Positions 38,342 to 52,059 of a stretch of 64,000 bases of DNA are shown here, piece after piece. Positions within the stretch are counted from its first letter, which is position 1; every line of letters starts with the position of its first letter. The translations under genes and the position numbers were made by a program. The stretch spans positions 144,378 through 208,377 of the forward strand of contig NW_003314427.1 in the NCBI RefSeq assembly GCF_000143415.4, in the 5' to 3' direction. The notes below the pieces were generated by a model. It had not been told where the DNA came from, searched no databases, and was given only the letters and a program-made list of their open reading frames with translations. Source of the stretch: Selaginella moellendorffii (Eukaryota > Plantae > Lycopodiophyta).

Positions 38342-41300
38342 TACTGTAAACAGGCAGTTAGAGTTGTTTACACGGTCACGCCCTTTTAACAGAATAAGGA
38401 ACATTAACAGAGAGCCAGGTTATGTGACCAATTGACAGTAGCTACCCTATGACTAGAGATTTCACCATGCACACGAAGTGCCGAAGCCAGTCTGCCTATA
38501 CTGGCCCAAACTCAAAGATCAATATATGGACTATATCAAAGTCATAGACAATGATATCTGAGAGACTTAATTAGCAGTGAATAAATTTTAGATTAGAATA
38601 CAAAAGTATTCCAAGTAAGTTATCATTTGATAAACTAGTATTATAGTAGAGGAACCACTAAGATCATTATTTTTGGTAAACATAGGATTCACCATCCAAC
38701 AAAATTCAATAGCCAGCGTATCATCAAGAAAACTCAATGATAAAATTTAATTATTAAAGATTGCAGACAGTATGCCAAACAACTTACGAAAAACAACTCA
38801 AAGAACAAAAAAGTATTATCGATTGGCAAGCAAGATGCTCGCGAATGTATCACCCAAAGGAAATAACATCCCAATCTATCAAAACTAACTTAAACAATAA
38901 TCAATAGAACAGAATGAATGTAGTAAGACCAGCAAACACCCATTCATGCCAACTATCACAGAAGATAATCTGAATAGATCCCAGTCAATAACATGAAGGA
39001 ACTTAAGTTGCTTAAATAAGTGTTAGCAACATCCTACTGATGTCTCAAACCCAAAAGACCAATCCAAAGCAAACCACAAAGAACATGTGGTAATGCGAGA
39101 AGCCAAAAACCATCAAAGAGAATAACTAACCATCATGAAAGATCATCAATCATCCCATCAAATGAAGAGATGTATAATCATTGTCAAAGAGGAATTCACC
39201 ATCCCAAAGAACGGCAACTCATTCCATATCAACAACAATCAAGCAAAACCTTTTGACAAGGATAATAAACTATCATAAATGATAGTTAATCATCACCAAT
39301 GGTTGCCAGATGCAAATACTAACTTCAACATTGAAGCTAATGAGCCAAAATGCCTTCCCCAACAACTTTTAACAAATGAACCATAAGCATGAAAACTCAA
39401 AGAACCAAAAGCTCGAAGAAGCCTATAGCTAAGTCTTGCATAACAATGATCACAAGTCTTACATGAACTAATTTCAATGCTAAAGAAAAAACCATGGTAC
39501 AACCCACAATATTCTCCTCAATTGTAGCGCATATTATCTCTCTCCCCTTAAGCCAACTGAAAAAGGGGCAATTGCTTGATGAGAGAGCCCTTAGTGGCTA
39601 TTTTATCCACGATGACAGTATATCCAAATCTCATCCCATGATCACATGCACTACATAAACACATTCATAAGCTAAATTTCATAATGCCAAAGCTAATGAA
39701 GAGCATGTCTGCATCAATCCAAAAGCTAAGCATAACGAAGTTATGCTCAACAAGTGATCATCACATGATCCTCCATAAATCCTTCTATAGCAAGATGTAA
39801 CTCACTTCATAACAAGCACAAGAAGAAGCATTAATGATCGATATATTCCAACTCAAATCCAAAAAGGATTCAAATATTCCAATATCAATCACTAACTCTT
39901 TCTCTTATAGAGTTAGTATAGTTCATGACTGAATCACTTTTCAAGGAAAAGCCAAAGCTCAACCCTCTACTAAATAATCTCGTCTGGAACACAACTAATT
40001 CAAACTTGCCACTTAGTTTGTTTGAATGTCAACACAATTGCTAATTAGCAAATGCACGAATGCCAATAACACAAAGCTATAGCCAAATCATCAACACTAT
40101 CCTCATCGAGATTAATGAAACTCGATATCAATCTTTCGGAGAGATATTTCATTTCACTCAAATCTCAACATTAACTATGTCAACGACAAGGCATCACTTC
40201 AATGCCATCAACACTATAACAAAGCTAGAAGAAAGCACGAGTGAATCACCACTCAAGGCTCTCTAGCAACTAAGCTAACCAAAGTCGAAGATACCTTAGT
40301 CAGTATCTGAGACCAATCCTTCAACAAGACTCAGCTACAGATAACACTTCATCAAGGAGTGATTCACCACGTCCAAGACTCAATGAAATCCAACACTACG
40401 AACTAAATGCAACAAAATGATATTGACAGAGGTAGAATCGATATGCTAACATGGAATAAACCATATAAGTTTAACGACACGATCCTCTGCAACACCATCC
40501 GGTAAAGCAAGCCCATCACTGCTAAATCATCATTGAGCAAAGCAAGTGTCAATAATCCTTGACAAAGTTTACTAGCAACCACTAGTCACAAAGCAACCAA
40601 TAATCACTTTTCAACTTGCCTTCACAAGATTTAACACTAAACTCATATCATCAAGTCATATACTCATCCAATATGAATGTAATACCTCAAATACGAGATA
40701 AAGGTTCATGGACAAGCACGAACTAAATGACCACTCGAATCCAACTCAACCACGATAAGCTCATCAACACATTTAGTCAATAGCTTTGAGCATGCTTTGA
40801 AAAGACTAGCTATGTATGATCAACACTCAGCTGAAGCTAAAGTGAAGACCATGAGATGGACTCATATCGGTACACAACCTCCACTAAGACAAAGCTATAG
40901 TATGGGTACCTACATCTCAACTCAAACAACTAAGTTGGACATCATCATCCTTAGCCAAGGCACAGGGCCACCAAGACTAAGTCAAGATCAGTGAAAGCTC
41001 ACTACTCTCATAGAGTTTAACGAAATACAAGGTGTATCCTACCACTAAGCAAAACACTATAGAAGAAAGGCACAAGGGTCACCCTTCTTAGAAAAGTGCA
41101 ACAGTCACTTTTCTACATCAACTCTAGACTCTATCCAACTCAATTGCCTTAGTTCCAAAAGTTAGCATTCTTTTTGGGCTACATCATACAAACTACATAC
41201 TAAGGTCTAAGCCAACCAAAGTCAACTCCAATCCCTTCACTAGTTGTATTGGTTATGAAACGGAATGGTTTCAGGCAAAGTGATCAATAGATCAACCTTT

Positions 41301-41661
41301 GGAAAAGCCTAAGAAAATTTGTGGAAAAATTTCCATCCTAGAGAAAGAATGACTCTCAGTCTAGGAATGCAAACTTTCAAGACTCAACCAACTTCCTCTT
41401 ACTAACAACTTCACATAGGTTCATTTCAACACCAATTCTCATGACCCATAGTATGCTTAAGCCTCGAATATCTTTTGCCCATTTTTCCGATATCCAACAC
41501 TGACATCCGTAAAATGCGAATGGAACATCCAAGGCTTGATCACGAAGACCATATCTTTAGATATCCATATTGCACTAACACTCTTCTTTAATCATTCTCA
41601 AGATCAATGTGAAGCCAAAACACTAACACAAAAAATGCCATAGACAATCAAGCTCTAAGGG

Positions 41662-42812
41662 TGTAGCGCACGTGGTTTTGACCCTTTATCCTATGGTGAT
41701 TTACCATAGGATAACACCACGAAGCAGAACCTAAACCCTCTTTGTGCCACGTGACAGATGCCACGTGTCACATACCACGTGTCCATGCCACGTGTCCATA
41801 GGAACCCGAGGTTCAGGGCCTTGGGCCACTGAACGAAGGAACAGTGCCAAACTCCCAAGCGTGACGCCAAGGAGTGATGAAACCGGACCACGGAGCAACT
41901 CCCGAGCATATAGCCCAAGGAGCGAAGGGACAGGGGCCCGGAGTGACTTGGAACAGTCCTAGAGCAACCAGCATCCCAATGCCAGGACCAGCACGCAAAA
42001 CGGAGCCAAACAGAGTCTGGCGCTATTTCGGCATACCGGTGGCCTAACGCAAGGATATGGGTACTCCACCAACTAGCATGGAATGGAACTTGGGCTTAGA
42101 CCCAAGCCGGACGCAGAACAAGGACAGGCACGCAAGCGGGAGCTAGACTATGCCTCAGGTTGGTCGGCCATGCCCGACCTACCCACTATCCCTACTATAC
42201 ATTTGGAACCCCCCACAGCCCCCCCCCCCTTGAGGAACACACGCTTTGGGCTTTCACCCCAAGCCTCCCTTAGTATTAGGAGTTAGTCTCTAGGACAAGC
42301 TCGAAACTTACTAATTATGGAATGTCCCTAGATTGTGAATTTGGACACGGGACGAACACCATTGTGTTCAGGCCAACTTCTACATTCCGTAGATATGCTA
42401 AATGAGCAAATCTGGACACTTTCCATAATTAGCATTTGGGACCGAAATGAGACTAACACAAAGGGCATGATAGCGAGGGTGTTTGGCAGACACGGTAAGC
42501 TATCATCTAGCGAATATTGAGGGACCAATCTCAATATCGCGGGGGTTCCTAACACTAGCAAGTGCAAGCCAACATCATGAGTTTCTCATCACCGTGTCAA
42601 GTCTGCTTGACTAAATGACAACTTAGGATTTCCTTCCTTAGTGCCCTTCTGGTCTAAGTGCACATGTGATGACCAGTTTCTCAACTAGCTTAGGCGGAAA
42701 TTGATAACGGGTCCAGCAATACCGACCTCCTGCCATCGTGGCAGTAAGGTAAGAGTGTCTGTAAGGACTAGCCGACAGGTAACTTTCGATACCCGAAGTC
42801 ACATGCGCGACA
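41662..42812 (-). mobile_element. Solo LTR of family B nested in an element of its own family
   Basis: TGTAGCGCAC...GCGCGACA with a perfect TSD AAGGG. Confidence 0.92.
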
Positions 42813-43366
42813 AAGGGAAATCCTCATCACTTGAAATAATAATGCTACTTCCACTAACACAAGTGTTAGCGATGTCAATGCCTTAACTACACACCTTCTC
42901 TATCCAACAATTTACTCCAAGTGTTAACAGATAAACCAACAAGCTATAGCCAGTGAATACTATAACCCTTTCCAACACTTTATGGGCAAACCCTTGAGGA
43001 AACAAGGTACCAACTTAAGCTTAGCATAATGAACCATCTTCGAGAATCCAATTAAAGCTACTATAATGCTACTTCATGCAAGTAGACTAGCTTCACCATC
43101 AACCACTTTGGGGTTGATCATCGTTTAACCAAACAACTTCATAAACACATTGTTCACTATCAGATGGATATGAAATAGAAATCACAATGATTTAATCATC
43201 AATTGAGCAACACCACGAGTAATGCCCATGTCACTATTACAAAGGTTTATGTGACTATCAAGTGTCAACTCGACTCGACAAAATGCAACATAAATGTCAC
43301 ACTCTACTGATAGAGACTTATAACACCCAACACCACTAACTTTTATTCACAACATAGACAAGCTCA

Positions 43367-44827
43367 GAGGCAGACACCATGATCCAGCCCAACCAGACGG
43401 CCCACAACTGCGACCGAATCAGAGCTTTCTATGGATTAACCATCTCGGAACACAGGATGCGTAAATTCCAGACAGCCTTTTTAGCAGCCAAACACGCATG
43501 CCTTGAACGACTAAACCTGCAAGAAGATCAGCACCATCGTTGGTGGAAGGTGGATGAATCGATCGTATGCACCCTCCCCAACATGGCATCGGGACTAGTT
43601 TTCGAGGCAGGACAGGCTGGACGCTTGTACCCCATCGTTACCCCCGAGTACAAGGACCTCCCCAACATGAGCAGAGATAAACCGATCAGAGTGATTCAAA
43701 TGGAGAAAAAAACTGCCAACGTTGATCCATCGATACCAGAAAACCAATATGCTCGCCTCTACTGGTTCCACCAACAAACCTTGGACGAACTCAAGTGGGA
43801 TCCTGCAGAGTGGCATTGGAAGGGAACCACGTGCAAGGACTTCTTCCAGTATGAGACCAAGCTAGGCCGCAAACTGATCAAGGTGCCGACTCGATCCTCC
43901 CTCATCCGGAAAGCAAAGGCCCAACAGATCAGTTCCAGGAACCACTCACACTGCATCAACAAGATCTGGAAGGGGCGCTGGTCAGCTAAGAACCGATACT
44001 TCATGTGGCTGGCCCAACAAGAACATCTTCCCTCTCTGGTCGCCATACATCTTCCGAACACAGCCTGCAAGACCTGTGGCGCCACAGAAACACACCGACA
44101 CATCTTATGGGAATGTCCGGCAGCACAGGAAGTATGGGAAGGTGCAGCAGCGGTACTCAAACGAACGTCAACCGGAGGAGCTGCAATCACATACGAATCA
44201 GTGCTCTGGGGTAGCTTCATCTAGGGAAAAACAAAGAATCCTGATGCATGGAAGTGGAGACACAACGAGGCCCCACACTTTGATCAACTCAACCAAACTT
44301 GGACACACATTACGCATCTCCACCAGGAGCTCTTCGATGTGCTTCGGGGATGCACACTAGCAGAGATATGGAAGGCTTGCTGCGCCAGGCTGTTCGAGGA
44401 CACAGACCCCTCGGCTCGAGCAACTATCTCAAAGGTTTGGTCCAGACTGATCGTCTCACTCGCGGCCCGCTTGGACACGCTGATCAAACGAGGCGAGGAA
44501 GGGAAGATAGCGAAGGAGAAGAAGCTGTGGCCGTTTTTTAGAGGAAGAAGCGAGGCTGGAGAAGAAGAATGGACGTGGAAGCCACCAATATGGATTTGGC
44601 AGCACATGTTCAGGAACAAAGGCATGTGTACCTCCCTGAGTCGACAGAGTTCCACACCAGGAACTTCAGAAGCTTGGACATCGGACATCACGGGCTCGAG
44701 TACCAGTTCTACTTTGTCCCCCTCGTCCCACCCCCCCTAAAAATCTTTAAGAGCTCTTTCCCGGTTTCGAGCATGTCGAAATCAGACTCTATGGTTTGTA
44801 GAGGATAAACTAATTAAAACCCCATTG
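43367..44827 (+). mobile_element. 5'-truncated L1-type LINE (3' part of ORF2 with zf-RVT)
   Basis: IWK..FMWL..LP..CKTCGATETHRHILWECPAAQEVW and a downstream EIWKA..RLF in the same frame (one stop). An 18-bp TSD ACAACATRGACAAGCTCA lies at 43349-43366 and 44828-44845. Confidence 0.88.
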
Positions 44828-47800
44828 ACAACATGGACAAGCTCATGCCACTCTCTATCTGACCAAACTCAAAACTAATCTAACATCAAGTTACTCAAGG
44901 AGCAATAGCAAGATTCCCCGAAAAAAAATTGAGCATTGTAACCTAAGTCTTTAATAGCAAGCTTAGACAAAATGGTATAGCGTCTCACCGCTATCCATCC
45001 CATAACTCACCACTTGTAAGACCATCATAACCAACATGCATCAAGGTAGGGACTCTTGCTTGCATAATGTGAACACGAGCAATGAGTCACACCTCGTTGC
45101 AGATCATCTTCCAAGAAGAGAAGATGATTTACGTGTTTGATCCTTCGTCCCTAATGACTCTCTTTTTTGTCTCATCTTTGACTAAACCTCAAACTTGCTT
45201 TCGCACTACCTTCAGTCCAATCCAAGAAATTTTTTATGAGAGAGCATGGTAATGACTACTTGAACCAATAGACTAATCCCTATAGTTTTGATCGATTCAC
45301 TTATAATCATGCTTAGGAAGGACCCACTAGTGCTGTGCTAAATAGCTACAGACTAGCCTATTTGCCACTCATAGCAAACCCAGGGAGGTTTGCTTTCACC
45401 CATGGTACATAGAATAACTCACGGAACCCCTGGAACAACTCATGGAACCATTGATAGGCTTACATTAATCTTGCCAACTCAAAGTGTAACCTTGAGTTGC
45501 TAATGTGCCTCACTCACGAGCCCAAGCACAAACTCATGCAAACAAAACATCTCAATCCATCTTATGAGCCCAAGAGCAAACTCATATTATTACAGTACAA
45601 GAAGGTAACCAAATCCATACCCAAGGAACAATTGCGAAGCCTTTGCACCAAAACATGTACCCACTCGGATCATCATTTTCATCTCTGCGTATGCAATGAG
45701 ACTAGTTGCCCAATCGCATTGGATAGTACTCGCCGAGACTCATCCTCTGATACCAAATGTAGCGCACGTGGTTTTGACCCTTTATCCTATGATGATTTAC
45801 CATAGGATAACACCACGAAGCAGAACCTAAACCCTTCATGTGCCACGTGATAGATGCCACATGTCACATGCCACGTGTCCAAAAGAATGTGGTGTGGAAC
45901 TTGAGGTTCAGGGCCTTGGGCCACTGAACGAAGGAACAGTGCCAAACCCCCAAGCATGGAGCCAAGGAGTGATGGAACCGGACCACGGAGCAACTCCCGA
46001 GCATACAGCCCAAGGAGCGAAGGAACAAGAGCCTAGAGCGACTTAGAATAGTCCTAGAGCAACTAGCATCCCAATGCCAGGACTAATACGCAAAACGGAG
46101 CCAAACGGAGTCTAGCACTATTTCGGCATACGGGTGGCTTAACGTGAGGGTATAGGTACTCCACCAGCTAGCATGGAATGGAACTTGGGCTTAGACTCCA
46201 AGCCGGATGCAGAACAAGGACAGGCATGCAAGCGGGAGCTAGACTATGCCTCAGGTTGGTCGGCCATGCCCAACCTACCCACTATCCCTACTATTCATTT
46301 GGAACCCCCCATAACCCCCCCCCCTTGAGGAACACATGCCCCAAGCCTCCCTTAGTATCAGGAGTTAGTCTCTAGGACAAACTCAAAATTTACTAAATAT
46401 GGAATGGTACTAGATTGTGAATTTGGACATGGGACGAACACCATTGTGTTCAAGCTAATCTCTACATTCCATAGATATGCCAAATGAGCAAATCTGGACA
46501 CTTTCCATAAATAGCATTTGGGACCGAAATGAGACTAACACAAAGGGCATGATAGCAAGGGTGTTTGGCAGACACGGTAAGCTATCATCCAGCGATATTG
46601 AGGGATTAATCTCAATATGCGAGAGTTCTTGCCAAGCCAGTGCAAGACAGAGCAAAAAAGAACTAAGAGCCAGGCCGAGTATGCTTAGCTAGAAACACAT
46701 AAGAGTTCCTACCTTATGTCCATTTGGCTAACTACAGATGCTAAGCCTAGTAAACTAACACTTGAACAAGAAGGGTTGATAAAGGGAACTAGCAATACCG
46801 ACCTCCTGCCATCATGGCAGTAAGGAAAGAGTGTCCGTAAGGACTAGCTGACAGGTAACTTTCGATACCCGAAGTCACATTCGCGACAATAGATATGGTA
46901 TAAATGTTCAATAGACTTTACTCAAACCAGTAGAAGAATGTTCATTAAATATTGATCTTAGAACATAGCATCAACAACTTGTGGCAATTATGAATATAAA
47001 CTCAACTTTATTAGTAATATCAGATCATGATTATATAAGAGTTTATATGATAAAATACTAATAAAACTCTACACCCCTATGACATATATATACTAAAGAA
47101 TGACAAAGAATTATCCCAATATGAATATTGAAAATTCATATATTTGATGAAGAAATAAATATTTTATCTTATGTATTTCCCAGATAGAGCAAAAGAAGAA
47201 AGCTTAAGCAAAATATAATTATACCTAAGTTTAAGCATCCAAATAAGAAAGACCCAACCTAGGCAACATTCATCATAGATAAGTGTAAAGCATTTAAAAA
47301 TGGTTATAAAATCATATAATATATAAGTAACACTTAAACGTGTTGGAAAATAACCCTTACTCACTATTGTATGCATTTTTTCTCCCGCCTATGATTGTTT
47401 GTGCAAAGTAGAGTTGTGAGAGTGATATATGCTTATCCTTACTCATGGCTTTAGGGTTTAAAGTTGATTTCTCTTCTATTCTCTTCTCATTCTTTTTCTT
47501 TTTCTTTTTCTTTTCTTTTCTATTGTAGTGCATGTGGTTTGTACCCTTTATCCTATAGTGATTTACCATAGGATAACCACAAAGTGGAACTTAAACCCTT
47601 TATATGTCATATGTCACATGCGATGTGCCACATGCCATATGTCCCAAGGACAATAGAGTGGAACCTAAGTTTTAGGACCTTGGGTTATTGAACGAAGGAA
47701 TAGAGGTAAACTCTTAAACATGGAGCTAAAGAGTGAAGGAACTGAAGTATAGAGTGACTTGGAACAATCCTAGAGCATCTAACATCATAATGCCAAGACC

Positions 47801-48330
47801 AACATGCAAAACGGAGATAAAAGGAGTTTGGTGCTATTTTAGCATATTAGTAACCTAATGTGAGGATATAAGTACTCCATTAGGGGCTGGGTAGTTTTTG
47901 AGTTAAGCTCAAGTCAATGAAAGTCAATGAAAGTCAATATAGTCCACCAAAGACAAAAGTTGATGTTCAAATGATTGGTTTGGGACAAACTAACAATTCT
48001 ATTCAAAACTTAAGACCTATTTTCAATCCAAGAAAAATCTAAATAATATAAGTCCAATAAGAAAATAAATATCATAAGTCAAAGAAGAAACTCTATAATA
48101 CCACTAAAAAATTCGACTAAAACAAAAACTAAACTTAGTCTTCTTCGGCATCCACATCCACAAAAGGAGGAGTTTGTATAGTATTATGCTTTCTAATTAT
48201 GGGCTCTTGTTGTATATGAGCTTGTGCCATTGCTTCTGCATAACATGGCAAATTATAGCCCACATCATTGATCCACCTAATATACACAACCATGATGAAA
48301 TTACCATAATCAGAAATTTATACTTTATTA

Positions 48331-51300
48331 TCACCTGTTATAAAGTGTCCCAAGAACACTTTCAAATGCACTCTCCTTCTCCAGTGCAAAAACTACATAG
48401 CCAATCTCTTTAGCCACTAGCACCATTGAACCAAAATCTGCTGTAGCATCAAACACAATCCCCTTAAAAGGTCAAAATAGCTTTAAGAGGATTTGCATGG
48501 CTTTTGGTGAATGGTGTTGATAGCCAAAGAACTCTATATGATAGTCCTCATCGATGACATTCGGGATCATGTCTGTTGAGCTATCATATCCTTGCAATGC
48601 CAAACCTACATGCTCATCAGCTCATGTAATACTATGATGGTAAGAGTAGTGGCAAAGAGCATGGTAGTTCCATGCTAAAACCTATAATGAAAAGAGGCAA
48701 TCAATTTAATATATGAAAAACAAGGAAATGCAAACCTTTTGGATTCGGCCACTTGCTCCTATTGTTTCGATGGGGATGTTTGAAAATAGGCAACCTAATG
48801 CAAACTTAACCAATTAGAGTCATCATTCTCCACTATCATTGCAAGAAGACCTCCCCAAAATAAAGAATGGGGAAGAATAACTAGCATAATACCCTCATAT
48901 TGCAACACCCTTGGATGCCACATCCACCACTTGAGAAATATGGTTCGGTTGAAGGATGTTCCAAGATGGAGTGTTGCTTTGTAAAGGTGGTAACCCATCA
49001 GGCAAATTAAAGAATGATGCCGAAGGTATTATTCATTCCCAATCCTTGCATCTATTTATGGAATATAAAAGACTCTTGGCTCACATTATTGGAAAGCAAG
49101 TAGTCCCCACTAACTATTTCCATGTTGCCAACACTTCCCTTAGGAGAAAGAGAGCAAACTTGAATAGTGTTTAAAACTGGGAAATATTAAAATTAATACA
49201 TATTTTATTCATACCTGTTTATGTGAAGCCGATGAAGATAACTCTTGGAGGTCATCCTCTATAGCAGTGGGGAGGGATGGAAAGAATGCATTTGTACGTC
49301 GGTATATAGAGTGCTAGTTGGTTTTTCCGACATCTACAACTAAATTACAATAAGCAAGGTCATTAGAAATCAAGTTCTTACTCTCTTGGACATCTTCACT
49401 ATAGAGCTACCTTCGTATATTTCAAGTAGTTGGGCTGGATGAGCAGTGGCAGTAAGATCTGGGGAATGAGTAACTACTATAGGATGAGATGGGGCAAGAG
49501 AGTTTTTAGCTAGGTTCTCCACTTGTTCCTCTTTGGTTTGCTCAATATAAATCTTGTCTTGTCCTGAGGCATCTCTACTCCTTCCAAAAGTGCCTCTATA
49601 ATAAAGTAAAAACATAAGTTATTGCTAAGAAGTTTTACTCATCAAACCTGAATGAATCTTGAAGTAGAAATTGAGCTCAAAAAGGTGACAATAGCATTTG
49701 CCTCCACAACTCCAAGTACCATGGATAAAGTTCTCACTCCCATGCAATGGGATAATGGAACTTTGGCTCATATATGCCAAACTTCTTCCCACTAGTTAAG
49801 AGCTTGAGAAAAACATTTGTTATGTACATTGGAGCACTTGGGCAATGATTTAAATACCTACAAAAGAGCCATGATTAAATAAACATGTCAATTTTTTACA
49901 ATATACCTATATGCCATATGGTGTGAGAAAAATGGTTGGCCCAGCTGGTTCTTGAAATCCATGGAGCTTGATCTACCATTAGGAAGCCATCCATCCCCAA
50001 GCTCTTGAAGGGAAGCTTAGACATATTCTAGAAGTGTTATGCTGGTGTGGGCACTAATAAAGAACTTCATATCCCATGCTTGAAGTAGCTCCTTAACAGC
50101 CACAATACTCTAAATGATATAGAGTTTCTCCTTCATTACATTCTCAAGTTTTCTCTCCAACCTTTTATCATTGTTATGATGCCAAGTGTTGAGGAGCTCT
50201 AAGCAAGAGGTTTGTTCGTTGAAGGAGAGCTTGTTTTTTGCGATGTTATAGATAAATTCTTTAGGTGCTTTACCATTTCTTGCAAGGATAGGGATTTCAA
50301 AGTGGAATGATAAAGATAAAAGCGATTAACTTACTAACACAAGAGCATATCTTTGCAATGCAATTTAGCTAATCTTTATCGTGTTGGATGTCCACAATCG
50401 CAAGTAGCTTTTTCACCTTTGACTTCTTTGAGTTCAAAATGTGTTACTCAATTTGTTGCAGTTCAAGGTTCTTTTGCCCCTCATCCATCACTTGTGTAAT
50501 CTTCAAGTATGAGTTTTGCTCCACCTTGACAATTGGCTATGCAAAAAAAGGATACCTTTGCCCAGACCACAACCAAAAAATCCATAGACACCTAATACTA
50601 AGTAAGCAACTTTTGGCCTTTACGTGTTACAAGCTTTGCTTGAATTGCTTCCATAACCTTGCAACTATACAAAAATCTGGATTTCCTTGAGAAAAAGCAT
50701 GCCAACATATCAAAGGTGCTTGATATCATGGACCAAGGTATGTGTCTGGAAAACAAATTGATTAAGCCTGTAATATAGTTGGTGAAAACAAAGGTCACTA
50801 GTAAGGGATTCTTACATATTGATGTTGTGACATGCCAGGTTGAGCCTCATAGCTTGGTTTTGATCCTTTGGCTCCACAAGTGTCACTAGAACACAAATAT
50901 GTCACTTGTTATTGTTCTAGAACTTCTCTTGGATACACCTCCAAAACGTTAGCCACCAATGGTTTCCATCAATAATGAAGAACATCTGGCCTACAAAGGC
51001 TTGTGTCTCCTTGTGGCACACCATCAAAGTATCAAATTTCTAAGATTTCCTTTGCCATATCTGATCCCAAATCTGCTCGATCTTGCGAGTAACCATGTCT
51101 ATACAATTTGTTCTGGGGAATGATGATGACACATTAAATGATCCAATAGTGTGCCCGAATCCAACTTTTGTGAAAAAGGTATAAATAACCATGTTGAGGT
51201 CGTAGGCTGAGTGCACCTAGTGACTCTGCTTAAGACATCAAAATAGAATCTGAAGATGTTGGGATCCTTCCAAGCCATTTCACCTAACACCCTATTGATA

Positions 51301-51981
51301 TGTCATTCTTGAGCTTGGACAATAGTCTCGCGTACTCGCTCATTCTTGACCATTGTAAACTCATAAATTTAGACTTTTCAGGAGGTCACCTAGCCCAGTA
51401 CTATTCAAACCCAAGGACACTTAACCCCAACTATTCCAAAACCTTTAACCGATTAGAAAAGGGGGTGCACTTTTATTCATGGGCTTTTTCCCTTTATATT
51501 TGAGGTCACAAAAATGAGGTGGTAACTATGCTAAAGGCTGACATGATTGTAAGCAACCAAAGAGAATGACTTGAGAGACGGTCCATAAAATTTCAAGAGC
51601 AACAGTATATTCACCATTTCCACCACCAAGATCTACCCCACCACCTATAGCACCAAGTGCCTCATTTCTGCCACCAAGTTCTACCCCACCACCTATGGCA
51701 CTAGGTGCCTTATTTCCACCACCACTAGCAACTTCTCCTACACTATACATAGGTTTTGCATTTTCACACTCTCTAGAACCATCTAGCTCCTGCATGCTCA
51801 CACCTGGATTAGGATCAACCATTGCTTGGATCTGGACACCATTATTCCCACCATGGTCTTCCTCCGAAGTAGTGCCTTGAACTTGTGAGGTGTCCCTAGT
51901 GAATCTAGCACAACGATCTAGTCGTTTTTCTAGAGAACGGGTTCATTGAGGTTGACCAGCATGCTTCTTCTATTGTGGCAT
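48331..51981 (-). pseudogene. Multi-exon ParB/Srx-like domain plus beta-class N4/N6 DNA methyltransferase-like protein
   Basis: ParB part WDQIWQRKS*KFDTLMVCHKETQAFVGQMFFIIDGNH (motif at 50956-50976). MTase part: FNLPDG (48994-49011), RVLQYEGIMLV, then HHSPKAMQILLKLF*PFKGIVFDATADFGSMVLVAKEIGYVVFALEKE (48370-48520). Many stops. Confidence 0.7.
51354..51596 (-). mobile_element. Solo Cassandra-type LTR, rearranged by a micro-inversion
   Basis: 51354-51503 is the reverse complement of most of the TRIM LTR, including the 5S core. The first ~40 bp of the LTR appear in + orientation at 51548-51587. Confidence 0.85.
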
Positions 51982-52059
51982 GATTTATATGTCTACATAA
52001 AAATGATAGAAAAAACTTGAGTAAATATTAAAAAAAAGTTTTGAAGAAAAATAGGAGGA

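Larger units (their letters stand above)
36210..46888 (-). mobile_element. LTR retrotransposon of family B (decayed, probably Ty1/Copia) with three nested insertions
   Basis: LTRs at 36210-37385 and 45758-46888; perfect TSD ATAGA; PBS TGGTATCAGAGG at 45744-45755(-); PPT AAGGGGGAGAG at 37386-37396(-). A remnant MDSG..H protease-like motif near 44990(-) suggests Copia. Confidence 0.9.
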
